64,000 bases of DNA, taken from Eledone cirrhosa. Taxonomy: Eukaryota. The position numbers were made by a program, and so were the translations under genes. This document shows, piece after piece, positions 44,677-58,094 of this stretch. Numbering within the stretch: the stretch's first letter is position 1; each line of letters starts with the position of its first letter. A model generated the notes under the pieces. That model was not told the origin of the DNA. It made no database searches and was given only the letters and a program-made list of their open reading frames with translations. The stretch spans positions 1,178,001-1,242,000 of the forward strand of contig OZ024752.1 in assembly GCA_964016885.1 (NCBI GenBank), read 5' to 3'.

Positions 44677-44908
44677 TATTCTTTATTATTATTGTAATAT
44701 AACTTATGTGTATATGTGTATAAGTGAGGTTGTGTATGTATATATACTATGTGTATATATAAGGGTAATGAAATGTATATATATATATATATATATATAT
44801 ATGTGCATGTCTGTATTTTATGTGTGTGTGTATATATATATATATGTGTATGTGTGTATATGTGTATGTATATATGCATATATGTGTATGTGTGCGTATG
44901 TTTATATA

Positions 44909-44951
<43 letters not shown>

Positions 44952-45061
44952 GGATGTTTGTATGTGTTTTCATGGTGGTATGAGTGTGGGATATATATGT
45001 TTATGTATAAGTATATGTATGTGTATGTATATATATATGAGTCTATGTGTGTGTGTGTATA

Positions 45062-45106
<45 letters not shown>

Positions 45107-46089
45107 ATGTGTGTATGTGTTGCGCGTGTGTGTGTCCGTATTTTTATCTTTTTATATGTGTATGTGTATGTTCGTGTAAATGTATGTGTGTGTAGGACAG
45201 TATAGGTATGTGTGTATGTATGTATGTGTAGATATCTCTATGTGCGCGTACATGTACGTATGTGTATGTATATCTGTATGCGTATGTACATTATATTATG
45301 TAATATATTTTATTGTTTTTATTTTTTTATTTTTTTATTTTTCATAATTTATAGATACATTTATATTAGGCTGTCTGGTCTGACAACCTAATACTGACCC
45401 CTCCCCCCCCTCCCACCTAATTTCTGTATCTTGATCTTGAAATGTGTGTACCAGTGTGTTTATGTGAGTGACTTAATTTCTATTTGCTTATGATTTTATA
45501 TCCACATATATAAATGTGAGTGGGGGGTGTGTGTGTGTTTGTGTGTTCGTGGTTATGTGTATATTTATATATATACGCACATGTATGTGTGATTATACTG
45601 ATATGTGTGAGTATGAAAAAAATATATTTATATGCTTGACTACATAAGTATCATTGCGTATCTTATCAGCGCATTAAGCTTACAGAGATATTAACCTTGA
45701 AATTTTTTATTTGCATCCATCTTTTTAGTATGCACATACATATTATACACACATTATTGTAAAATGTGTGTAGGGTTTTACATGTATATACACACACCAA
45801 ACTGCTTTTTAACCCTTTGTGTTTTCATTGGTCAATTTTGAACTGATATTTTGAATTGTTGTTATTATCAATAAATATACTTCATTATTTCTGAAGACGG
45901 CGTATATATGAGTTAGGTATGTATATTTAATCTTGATAATTTGTATAATTTTGTATAATTTTGTACATAGATCTGTTAAATATGCATACCAATTATAGCA
46001 CATATATGCCCTAGAAACGATCGTTAAATAGTGAACTTTTTTTGTTTAATATAAGGAATTGTTTGTTCATTATTTGTTTAATATTTTAT
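42411..46089. repeat. 562-bp apparently perfect inverted repeat around a 2.55-kb microsatellite-rich spacer
   Basis: Arms at 42411-42972 and 45528-46089, with the same coordinate sum (88500) at both ends. An identical 64-aa ORF appears on opposite strands in the ORF track. Confidence 0.95.
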
Positions 46090-46408
46090 CTTGACTCTGT
46101 ATACCGTTTATCTTTCACCGAAATTGGATTTTCATTACATCTCTTCTTTCCATGATATCCGGAATACATTGAGTTCTTCATACGGATTGGACACTACCGT
46201 AAACTCTTGGTAGATTTATCTACATATATATATATATATACATATTTATATATATATATATATGTATATACATATTCATATTTATATATATATATATATA
46301 TACATATTCATATTTATATATATATATATACATATTCATATTTATATATATATATATATATGTATATACATATTCATATTTATATATATATATGTATATA
46401 CATATTCA

Positions 46409-46476
<68 letters not shown>

Positions 46477-47049
46477 TATATAATATCAGCCTTTCGTTTG
46501 GACAACAACGGTGGCTTACAGAGAGGAGACTGGCTTAGATGGGCAACTGCGGGTTTTACCTTAAGCTTGTGCCTCGGAGGGCCATGCTCATTAATGACTA
46601 AATGGGGAATTTACCATTTTTGTTAATATATATATATTCATTTTCTTATATATCATATTTACGCATTGGCTTTGTCATCCTTTCAAAATTGAATAAATTA
46701 TTTATTGCCACTTTGAGAAAGTGAATTCGATACATTGACTGTTCTTTGGGCTATACCAGATATATCGTCTATTGCTGCCATTCAGCATCGATTGTCTTCA
46801 TAAATATAAATATAACCATATGTATCTTTATATGCGAAATCCGAAATATAGGGACAATTAAATCTCTCCCAAGGTAACTCTATCTCGTGTTATTATTTTT
46901 ATTTTTATGATTTTTCCTACGTTCCTCTACACACTATACATCTCGTTCTACATTTCCTCTTACATCTCTCTCTTCACCACCGCATTCTGTTACCCGGAGA
47001 TTCACCCATCTGCATTCTTGAGGCCTTCAAAACGTCCAAAAAAATTACA

Positions 47050-47400
47050 TATATATATAAGCAAAAGGGATATTTAATTTGTTGGTAATTCAACAAATAT
47101 AAATGTTTATAACTGATTCAAAGTACTCGACAGATTTTCTGTAGTATAATATTCAATAATATTATAAAACCATATTTATTCTATTATATATATTTCAAGG
47201 GTACCAAAACTTTGGTATGCTCTCATCAGATAAAATACAAAGTTTGTTTTATAAATATTGACATAACCAGGAAAGAAGAACTTAACGGTTCAAGTTTTTT
47301 CCAGGAAAAACTTGAACCCTTAAGTTCTTCTTGGTACCCTTGAAATATATATAATAGATATAATATATATAATAAAATAAATATGATTTTATAAATATAG
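47050..47400 (-). mobile_element. Penelope-type pLTR-like non-coding unit with a hammerhead and an inverted segment
   Basis: Homologous to 49085-49244 plus 50440-50580. Fold-back at 47275-47330. Inverted copy of the ribozyme 3' half at about 47332-47360. Confidence 0.75.
47178..47236 (-). ncRNA. Minimal type I hammerhead ribozyme with palindromic helix III
   Basis: ATTTTAT-CTGATGA-GAGCATACCAAAgtTTTGGTACCCTT-GAAA-TATATA-TA-ATAGAAT. Helix I is 7 bp with one G-U pair. Confidence 0.72.
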
Positions 47401-47418
47401 TTTCCATTTATTTAAAAT

Positions 47419-47468
<50 letters not shown>

Positions 47469-48932
47469 ATATGTATATATATGATTTTATGATTCTATAG
47501 AGGTATTTGTATGCGTAGGTGTATATGTTTTTGTGTGAATCAGACTTACGAATATATATTCTTTCTTCGGACACAAAGTTTTAAATCAATATTTGGTCGG
47601 AAGACTAAAGGGAGAGATAGTAAGAACATAGAAAGCACCAAACCAGAGAATCAAATATCTTGCAATAAAAACACTGCATCTGTTTTCAGCATATAGCTCC
47701 CCGTCTCCGAGAGCAGTTTCTAATTTTATCAGGCGCCATTCCGCACCATAATATCCTATAAGTCAACAAAAGCTTTTAATGCACGGTCTTAACTGACTCG
47801 CTCTACTTATTCTCTCTAAAGGCAAAGCACGCTTGTGCAGACCAAACAATAAAATATGTGAAAGGAAACAATTGTAAAAATATAAGCAAAAAGAAAAAAG
47901 AGAGATGAGAATAAAAATCTCAAAATAAAATATATTTAAACGTAGTTACTGTTCTAGCAACAAATAGAAAAATAAATTTGCAAATATAAATATACACTAA
48001 GTACAAATATAAAACATGAAAAAAAGTGTACATACTACGTGCTAGAAAGTAAATTAAAGGAAAATAAAATTGCCAACAAAATAAGTACAATTAGTAAAAT
48101 CTCAACAGAAATCAGTAAATAAAAAAAACAGACGTACGCCATTAATAACAAAAGAGACTCCTCTGATTGCATCAACTAAAATTAAAATCTAAAGAGAAAA
48201 AAATGTAAGAGACAATACGAAGATTTAAATTAGTTTTTTTTTCTTTTCAATTGTCTTTTTAATAGCATTGATATATTATCTAGGACGTTCCATTGTATAT
48301 ACGAAGTTCATTTCTAAAGGCACTCAATATTGATTGATTTTTTTTCTTAGGGTATGAGGAATAAGTATAGAAAAAACGTTAACTGAGGGAGTAAAATGTT
48401 GGACATCTTCAATCAAGTTTCCCAAGAACATATTGTGTTATGAGCGTAGACACTAAAAATCAAATAATTTGTAATATTGTCTAATTGTATCTTAGAGGAA
48501 TGAAACCTATACTACTTTCACCAGTCGTCAAATAAATGTTTCACTCGTTCAACCTAAAATAACATTCGGGTCGCATAATACTTCAAAGAATCAGTTATTT
48601 TAACGACTGGCTCCAGCTTTGATATCTTCTCGGGAGATTAAAGTCCAACAGTAAAATAGTAACGCTAAATCCGCGTTACAATTTTCCATTTTTGTCTTAG
48701 ACGTTTGTCGACTACCGTCTCCATCAAAACATTGAACTAAGGAATAATGCTTTTAACGTTAACAGCTCTACTTTGCTCAAACAAATCCATGACGTCGATG
48801 GCGTGTTTTAGAACTGGAATTATCTGCAAAAGTTAAATTAGTTTTAGTTCATTAGATGTAATAATAAATTAGTTTTAGTTCATTAGATGAAATAATAAAC
48901 ACTCCAGATAATCTTAATTTCTTTTGCATTGT

Positions 48933-49060
48933 ATATTGTTATATTCGGGGAGGGTCATATTGTCAAAATATATCTGGCAATATTATAACAATATGACCCT
49001 CCCAAAATATAACAATATCTGTTTTGACACACGATTTCATGTCAAAAGCCTTGCAAAACA
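48933..49060. repeat. Short fold-back repeat with 31-bp arms, belonging to a dispersed family
   Basis: Arms at 48933-48963 and 48988-49018. A related sequence lies at about 41073-41143. Confidence 0.7.
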
Positions 49061-49244
49061 CCCCCCCCCCACACACACATATATATAATAAGCAGAAGGG
49101 ATATTCAATTTGTTGGTAATTCAACAAATATAAATGTTTATAACTGACTCAGAGCACTCGACAGTTTTTGCGGAGTATAATATACAATGATATTAAATAA
49201 ATGGAAACTATATTTATAAAACCATATTTATTCTATTATATATA

Positions 49245-50439
49245 CTAGCTGGCGTACCCAGCTTCGCCCGGGTAAAGAGATGATAAGAGAAGACAGGTAA
49301 AAGAGAAAATTACTGTATTGGATTTTTGTCTGGTTACAGTATGAGGCGAGTCCATGGTGTCTGTGTGATACAAAAAACAGTAAAAATAATCTTCCAGATA
49401 TACCAGATTCTTCGTTGTACCGTTTGTGCATAGTATATGAACAATTCTAGGTGCTCCCACCTAGAATAGTGACCTCTAGGAGATGGTTCATCTTCTGCCT
49501 GACTGTAAAACGTGTATCATTGCATAGACGTGGTTGTTCCACGTTTCTCAAATGGATGGTGGAAGTTCCAATCTTTTATATTATATGTAGATATAGATAT
49601 AGATAATTAATATAAAATATGATGCTCAGCCAGTTCGTCTTCAACCATCGCAGCACGCTGTCGCTGCTTGGATCCAGTGTTTCGTTGGAGTTGTTCAGCC
49701 AGCACTTCTTCATTCATGGCGGCACTTCTTCGTTCCGATGGCGCTGTTCGGCGCTGTTCGGCCCGTTTTTCTTCATTCCTGGCTGTACGTTGTCGCCGCT
49801 GTAGTTCACTGTTTGATAAAGTCGAATTGCTTTTATTATCAGTATTGATTTCGAGCAATTGTCAAAAAATGACACAATAATAAATATAAAAGACATCCGT
49901 CAATGTAAAAAAAGGTCCCTATTTACTCGCTTCACAACTCTGTGTATGTTAGACTGACAGACAGACATACAGACAGATAAACTGCGTGGCGATTGTGGAA
50001 CGCCGCACGTACACACACATACACGCATGGAAATGCGCACACGCACGCAAACTTACACACACGCACACACTCACACATGTTGATAGTTTTTACTTTCTGT
50101 GGAACGCTGCACGCACACACACACACATAAACATACGCGCACATTCATACACACGCACACATGTTAATAGTTATTGCTTTCCTTCCAATCTTATTTCCAC
50201 ACACATCACACACACACACACATATCTCTACACTGAAACATATACATAGTGTATCCAACACAGCGTTCACTTTGCTTCTCTGTTTCTTACTCGCCCCTCT
50301 CACTCCCTCATTGGCATTATGCATATTAATTTAAGTTTGGCGTCGTTGAGGTGGGCGGAGTACTTTGAAACCTATGAACCAATCATAATCGAGAATTATG
50401 ACACACGAAATACTGACATTGTTGAAATTAATATATAGA
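49245..50439 (-). mobile_element. Non-autonomous Helitron with exact termini
   Basis: The minus strand starts TCTATATATTAA and ends with a CCCGGGCGAAGCTGGG hairpin followed by CTAG. Inserted between A and T with no TSD (the empty site is visible at 47179-47198). Helicase relics LRNVEQPRLCNDTR..NHLLEVTILGG and TKNLVY. Confidence 0.92.
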
Positions 50440-50579
50440 TTTCAAAGGTATCAACATTTTGGTACGCTATCATCAGATAAAATACGAAATGTGTTTTATA
50501 AATTTTGACATAACCAAGGAGAATATACCTTAACGGTTCAAGTTTTCCACTATCCAAGGAAAACTTGAACCATTAAGGT

Positions 50580-50900
50580 ATGTCGTCTCGGGCATTGATG
50601 ACAACGACAAAAACATATATCGGAATGACATCCAACAAATTTAAGATCCGGTGGTGGTATGCCCATATCCAATCGTTCAGAAGACCAGACAAATCCAACC
50701 AAACAACACTCGCCACCGTTGTCTGGGACCTCAAGAGGAAATCTACCCCTTTCACGCTCAAATGGAAATTACATACAGAGGAGAACACAAGTGTTCCCAC
50801 CTTTGTATTTCGGAGATACTATTTGCGAAGGGCCCAACACTGAACAAACTCTCTGAACACTGCCCGAATTTCATGCACAAAAACTATGCAACGTATAACT
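50580..50900 (+). mobile_element. Penelope-like GIY-YIG endonuclease fragment (Naiad-like signature)
   Basis: KTYIGMTSNKFKIRW..HIQSF...TTLATVVWDLK...LKWK, then after a frameshift CSHLCISE...LNKLSE. Adjoins the pLTR-like unit through a fold-back at 50528-50579. Confidence 0.75.
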
Positions 50901-51020
50901 GCCCCAGAACGATAGTTTCAAGAAACACCTCACTCGACCTAATATCCCCCCTCTGAATCCCACCTTACGCCTACTCTCAACCTAAGCATCTTTCGGTACG
51001 CCTCACAGTATTGAGGTTTA

Positions 51021-51053
<33 letters not shown>

Positions 51054-51199
51054 TTATTCAGGTTTGAGGTTCACCACTGTATAGAGCTGGTCTATTCCGT
51101 ATGGTCAATCGTAATGCAATAATATAGAGAGTACTCAACGTAAAGCAGTTCAACCGTCTTTGTTTTTGTAGTTGGTGGTGATATTACGGAGTTAAATAT

Positions 51200-52200
<1,001 letters not shown>

Positions 52201-52490
52201 ATATATATATAAGTTATTCCGGGTTGAATCGGGGGTAACCGATTATATATATATATGTGTGTATATGTGTGAATGCATGTGTGTGTGTCTATGTGTGTGT
52301 GTGTGTGTGATTGTACACACCTTACCATTTACAGACTTCGCCATCTTTTAACAGAGCATGTTAATACAACCACTTAATGAAAACCCTTTGTTTGCTTACA
52401 ATAAATGAACCTTAGTGTGCCTGTATTTGTATCACTATGTATCTTTCACTAAATATAATTTTTTAAAAGAATCCCCAATCTTTAAAACCA

Positions 52491-53132
52491 TCAACCAATG
52501 ACCTCCACCCATCCCTATCACCACCTCCCCCTATCAGCCAATGACCTCCACCCATCCCTATCACCACCTCCCCCTATCAGCCAATGACCTCCACCCATCC
52601 CAATCACCACCTCCCCCTATCAGCCAATGACCTCCACCCATCCCAATCACCACCTCCCCCTATCAGCCAATGACCTCCACCCATCCCTATCACCACCTCC
52701 CCCTATCAGCCAATAACCTCCACCCATCCCTATCACCACCTCCCCCTATCAACCAATGACCTCCACCCATCCCTATCACCACCTCCCCCTATCAGCCAAT
52801 GACCTCCACCCATCCCTATCACCACCTCCCCCTATCAGCCAATAACCTCCACCCATCCCTATCACCACCTCCCCCTATCAACCAATGACCTCCACCCATC
52901 CCTATCACCACCTCCCCCTATCAACCAATGACCTCCACCCATCCCTATCACCACCTCCCCCTATCAGCCAATGACCTCCACCCATCCCAATCACCACCTC
53001 CCCCTATCAGCCAATGACCTCCACCCATCCCAATCACCACCTCCCCCTATCAGCCAATGACCTCCACCCATCTCAATCACCACCTCCCCCTATCAGCCAA
53101 TGACCTCCACCCATCCCAATCACCACCTCCCC
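52491..53132. repeat. 43-bp minisatellite, about 15 copies
   Basis: Unit CCAATGACCTCCACCCATCCCTATCACCACCTCCCCCTATCAG. Confidence 0.97.
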
Positions 53133-53180
53133 TTACCGATAGAAAACATATAAATACCACCATATCACGTTGACAGTCGA

Positions 53181-53311
53181 GTCTCCTGATGATTTGCTTC
53201 GAATGAAACAGTTCCAGTCCTGTAGAAGCCAGGTCTATATTAAATATTTATACTCTGATATGTATTGAGTAACTTATCTACTGTGGTTACTCCGACTGAA
53301 CCTGGGATAAC
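53181..53311 (+). mobile_element. Hammerhead-bearing pLTR-like unit, copy 1
   Basis: CTGATGA-tttgcttcgaat-GAAA-CAG(ttccagtc)CTG-TA with a weak helix I. Ends TGGTTACTCCGACTGAACCTGGGATAAC, then (CA)n. Confidence 0.65.
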
Positions 53312-53402
53312 ACACACGCACAGACAGACCCCCCCGCCCCCAACACACACACACATACATATATATATAAAATTAGATTTAATATAGAAATGGCTTCTAC
53401 AT

Positions 53403-54918
53403 AATATAATAATGAAATTATTGTGTACAGTGCTCAGGTGCACTACAACTCATCAAAGGTGCATGTATAGTACATAGAATAATGTACAAATGTCAGGAAA
53501 ATAAACAGTGTATGAGTCATGATATAATAACAATAACGAAATATTGTGCACAGTGCCCAGGTGCACCACAACTCATCAAAAAAGTGCATGTACAGTACAT
53601 AGGGCAATGCACAAACATCAGTAAAATGAACAGTGCACGAGTCATGATACACACATGTGTGCATGTGTATGGAAGGGGTACATCAGGTGTAGTTTTGGCG
53701 TATTTTGGGAAGCATGAGTGTCTTAAAGGATGCAGTGTCTCGGCAGCTAACAATTGACGCAGGCAGTTTGTTCCATGCTTCAGCAACTCTGAGCGTGAAA
53801 AAATGTCTGCGAAAGTCATGGGAGCTGTGCTGTTTTCTTATCTTGTAGGCATGTCCACGTGTGTTAGACACATGGAGATCAAAGAGGCGCTCAGGGTTGC
53901 AGTTGGCGAGATGGTTAAAAACTTTGAGGGTATTCACCAAGTCCATTGCCAGACGTCGGAGCTTCAATGAATCCATGCCCAGGGAAGCAAGGCGTTCAGA
54001 GTATGGTAGGTGTCTGATGGAGGGTATGCGCTTGGTTGCACGTCTCTGAACAGTTTCCAGGAGGTCAATGTTCCGAGCAAGATAGGGGTTCCAGACTGAT
54101 GATGCGAATTCCAAGTGTGGTCGCACCATAGCTGTATACAGTTTTAAATAGATGGCTGGAGAGCGGCTAACAAAGGTCTTGCTGAGTGATGCCAAGACAC
54201 CCTCGGCCTTCTTGACAATCTTAGAGACATTCTTTGTCCAACGCAAATCGTTGCTGACAGTAATGCCCAGGTCACGTTCACAAGAGGACTTTTTGATGTC
54301 AGTGTTGTGGAGGGAGTATGTGGACGCTGGATTTTTCCTTCCAAAATGCATGGTGGTACACTTGTCCACAGCCAGCTTCAGTTGCCAGTCTGTGATCCAT
54401 TGCTGCATTGTGTCCAGGTCTGATTGTAGGAAAGAGTTGTAAATTTCAGGATCAGTCCTTTTGATTTCAAGGTACAGCTTGATGTCATCTGCATATTTTA
54501 GTACCGTGGCATTCTGTAAGTTGGCATCTATGTCATTAATATATGCCACAAACAAAAGAGGACCAAGAACAGATCCCTGTGGTACACCAGATGACATCTC
54601 ATATGGTGAAGAATGCTGTCCTAGAACCGTGACTACTTCCTTTTGGCTGAGAATGAAGGATTTCAGCCAGTCGAAAAGATCATCCCTCACACCCATTGCA
54701 GAGAGTTTTGCCATAAGTCTTTTGTGTGGCACAGAATTAAAAGCCTTAGCAAAGTCAAGGTAAACAACATCCACCCATGAGCCGCTGTCAGTGATCCGGG
54801 TGATGTCCTCAAGAAACTCGATAAGCTGATCACAGCAGCTGGAGTTAGGGATAAATCCAAACTGTGAGGGCCGGATGAGGCTGTGAGAGCTCCAGAAGTT
54901 CCAAAGTGTTTCTCTGAC
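53403..54918 (-). mobile_element. 5'-truncated CR1/L2-group LINE with an uninterrupted RT frame (stop at 53683)
   Basis: QFGF, YLDFAKAFNSVPH, SGVPQGSVLGPLLF, YADDIKLY, ERDLGI, VRPHLEFASSVWNP, VQRRATK, TRGH and WNKLP. The 3' UTR has a roughly 123-bp duplication and a TAT-rich tail. Possible 4-bp TSD ACAT. Confidence 0.94.
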
Positions 54919-54924
54919 ACATGT

Positions 54925-55090
54925 CTAGAACTATTTCATTAGACGGAAGTCATCAGGGTTTTCCTGATGATTTGCTTCGAATGAAACAGTTTTAGTCCTG
55001 TAGATTCCATTTCTGTATTAAATTTGGTTGTATACATTCTACTAATGTATTTAATACCTTATTCTGGTTACTCCCGATTGAACCCGGGAC
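54925..55090. mobile_element. Head-to-head pair of hammerhead-bearing pLTR-like units (minus copy split by the CR1)
   Basis: 54925-54957 is the reverse complement of 54963-54995 at 27/33. The plus copy ends TGGTTACTCCCGATTGAACCCGGGAC. Confidence 0.72.
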
Positions 55091-55114
55091 ACACACGCAC
55101 ACACACACACGCAT

Positions 55115-55211
<97 letters not shown>

Positions 55212-55234
55212 TCTACGGCACAAGACTTCATTGA

Positions 55235-55350
55235 AACTGTATTTTATCGACTTAGGAGGATTGAAAGGAGAAGCTTATCTCAGTGCGACTTGAACTCAGA
55301 ATACAAACAATGCAAGGGCTTTTCCCAGGAGATTAACGATTCTGCCAACC
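55235..55350 (-). mobile_element. Diverged SINE relic
   Basis: TATTTTATCGAC..AGGATTGAAAGG...TTGAACTCAGA...GATTCTGCCAA. Confidence 0.6.
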
Positions 55351-56719
55351 GGCTATATACCTTTACCCACTCTCTTATTCGATTATATAAGCTTATTTGA
55401 TTTGCGAGTTCATTCATAGATATATATATTCTAGGAAGAATCCAATTGAAATAGATTAGTTTGTAATGTTTTTTCTCTGTAGGCAATTCTTAGATGTGTA
55501 ATCTTCTTATTGACATTATATTGGTATATCAGAATAATGATCTGTATGAAGGTTTAGGTTCAAACACATTAATACTATTTCAATAAATGGGATTTCTTTT
55601 AGAAACATTGTTTCATTTCGATTATAATTGTTTAGTCCTGTTCTCTGAAACAGTCCTATTCTGACATGTAAGAGCTTAAGAGCATATTGTAGTTTGCATT
55701 CACTTATTTTACATCTTCACACACAGGAATTTGCAAAGGGATAAGATTTGATATACTGTTGAATATCCATTGGTTTCGACGAATAGCGTTCCAGTTTTTT
55801 GTTCAACAATAACGCCAGTGAAAGTGGCTGAGTATTCAACATACACGTGTTCCATCGACTCAGATTTCATTAACATTGGACGTGAGACCAGGTGTGACAA
55901 GATTGGCTCTTGAAATTACAACTACAGCCAAATTCCTTTCAGCATTGTTGTCTAGGACCTAGGGAATGAAGTGTCTTTCTCAAAAAGAAGGTGTTGCTGG
56001 GAATGAAACTCTGAGATCGAAAGACAAACAGTTTACCCACTAAGCTATGTACCTTCACAAAATTTGATAACAGTATATTTTCACATATACATATACACAA
56101 TCGTATATAGTTACTCGAATACAATTCATGTGTCCTTAGACAAATTAAATTTATTCGTATGCAGTACCATGATACAATCAGAAAGTGAAACAATTCTAAA
56201 ATCTCAAATAAGTGTTTTACAATCAACTCATTATGCAGACTAATTCCTATTTGAAATAAACAATAATCATATTAGGTCTTCTCGCTGAGTATTTACCCCA
56301 CATTACCAATAGAGTAGTTTATTATTAAAATAATGCTATTTAAATGGTAGTACGTATTACATGTTTTTTCGTTGCATTGTATCTATGTTGCGGCAAGAGT
56401 TATTCTGTACGAACTATAAGCATACAATTTGTAATTCACAAGGCAATTATATTTATAAAACATTTCAAAGAATCTTCAAAGCCATTAATCTAATTTACAC
56501 CCAGGGTGAACCTCCTATATTTCAACCAGCAAAGTAATAATATTAGAGCCAATTGTTCTATTCTTCCTTTTCATCATTACAATTTAATATTAGTTGTTAT
56601 AAATGTGACGCATATTGAACATATATTGATTAATTCAAATGCCTTCACTCGGCCGAGTCGTTCATAAGTAGAAACAAATACTTATACGTAAATCATAGAT
56701 TTACACCCCTTTAGGTTGT

Positions 56720-56975
56720 CAGTTCAAATACCGCCGCGTTCGATAAAATAAATTGCCTGTAGCGCACGAGTTTAATTGACTTTCCTCTCCACAAAAACAT
56801 TTGGCCTTGTGCCTAACTCAAAAAATATTATGTATATACAAAGTATACAGTTACGGGCCTTTTTTACCTTTGCCGTTCATCCCTATGGTGACGATAAAAT
56901 AAAGTACCAGTAACATATTCGGATCCACTAAATCAACTTTCCCCTTCCCTGCACGTTGCTGGCCTTATGCCAATT
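56720..56975 (+). mobile_element. Two diverged SINE 3' fragments
   Basis: GTTCAAATACCGCC..TCGATAAAATAAA..TGGCCTTGTGCC and CTTTGCCGTTCATCC..CGATAAAATAAAGTACCAGTAA. Confidence 0.6.
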
Positions 56976-57333
56976 GTTTATATGTAAATCAACCTGACTA
57001 TGAGCATACCTATCCAGTTATTAAAAGAGAACTTATGGTATTTTGCAGTAAAATCGCACATCAAAGTACCGAATGATGTTTGCTGACCCACCTTTCATAA
57101 AAGTTTCCAATCAGGCATTATTCTACCAAAAGAAGAATATTGACTGCCTTTCAAAACCTTACAAAACAACAATGGTATTTAATACCAGAAAATGTTAAAA
57201 AAAGTTTTAATACAGTCACTTTAGCAGTCCATTAGCAGTGAGTAGTTTATGGATTTTGCATTCAATACTTTCACTTATTACACGTAACATACCCTTAACG
57301 GTAAACAATCTTCTATGTATGGTGCGAGACATA

Positions 57334-57826
57334 TCTAAACTATAATAAAGTAAGAAACGCGGGACTGCGTACGGTTTATAATCTTTTATCCCCTTAGTAA
57401 AATAGGTTGGATTACTTTGAATAATTAATGAATGAATATTGAATATCTTTGAATAATTAATGAATGAATATGAATGTCTACTAAATGTCGTGGTTGTTCA
57501 TTAAATATATTTTATTACTTATTTAAAGATTCACTTCTTTAACATTTTCAAATGTCAACACTTCCGGTTAGTGATCATTTAAATAAATATTCATATATTT
57601 ATATCACTAATTTTCTCCTAATGTAGTTTACATATAATATCGTCTTTTTTTAATGTATTACTGATTACATAAGACAGTGTAACACAGTCTTCGTTCAATT
57701 TCTGTGTATATTGTCAATTTCGATTTTATTTGATCATATCTATATGCATATATCCTTGCGTACAATATCAATACACACACTATACATGCTAGCAGAAAAC
57801 CACCCGAAAGGTGGTTTTTCTGCTAG
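57334..57826 (+). mobile_element. Non-autonomous Helitron related to the large 32.8-36.7 kb element
   Basis: Starts A|TCTAAACTATAATAAAG and ends CTAGCAGAAAACCACC-cgaaa-GGTGGTTTTTCTGCTAG|T. About 57638-57826 aligns with the reverse complement of 32789-32980. Confidence 0.82.
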
Positions 57827-57931
57827 TAATTTATAATCTAGAATGTATTGGGAAAGGTGGTAGAATACGAATAGCAGATGAAATGGTGGAGTTCTAGTGT
57901 AGAATAAAGTAAGAATGTTATCTGTCTATGT

Positions 57932-58094
57932 CAGGCATGGGTAACCTCTTTCGAGCAGTGGGCCGCATAGGATGTAGTTGATAATAAGAGGCGCCGATCA
58001 ATTAACAAATTAACGCAATTTTGAAATTAGGCATGTCATTCATAAAGCCAAACGGATTGCATGTGGCTCGTGGGCCCCAGTTTTACCATGAGTA
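57932..58094. mobile_element. Degenerate short hAT MITE
   Basis: Left TIR CAGGCATGGGTAACCT and subterminal TTCGA..GGCCGCAT are shared with the 62.3 kb element. The right TIR is eroded. Confidence 0.6.
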
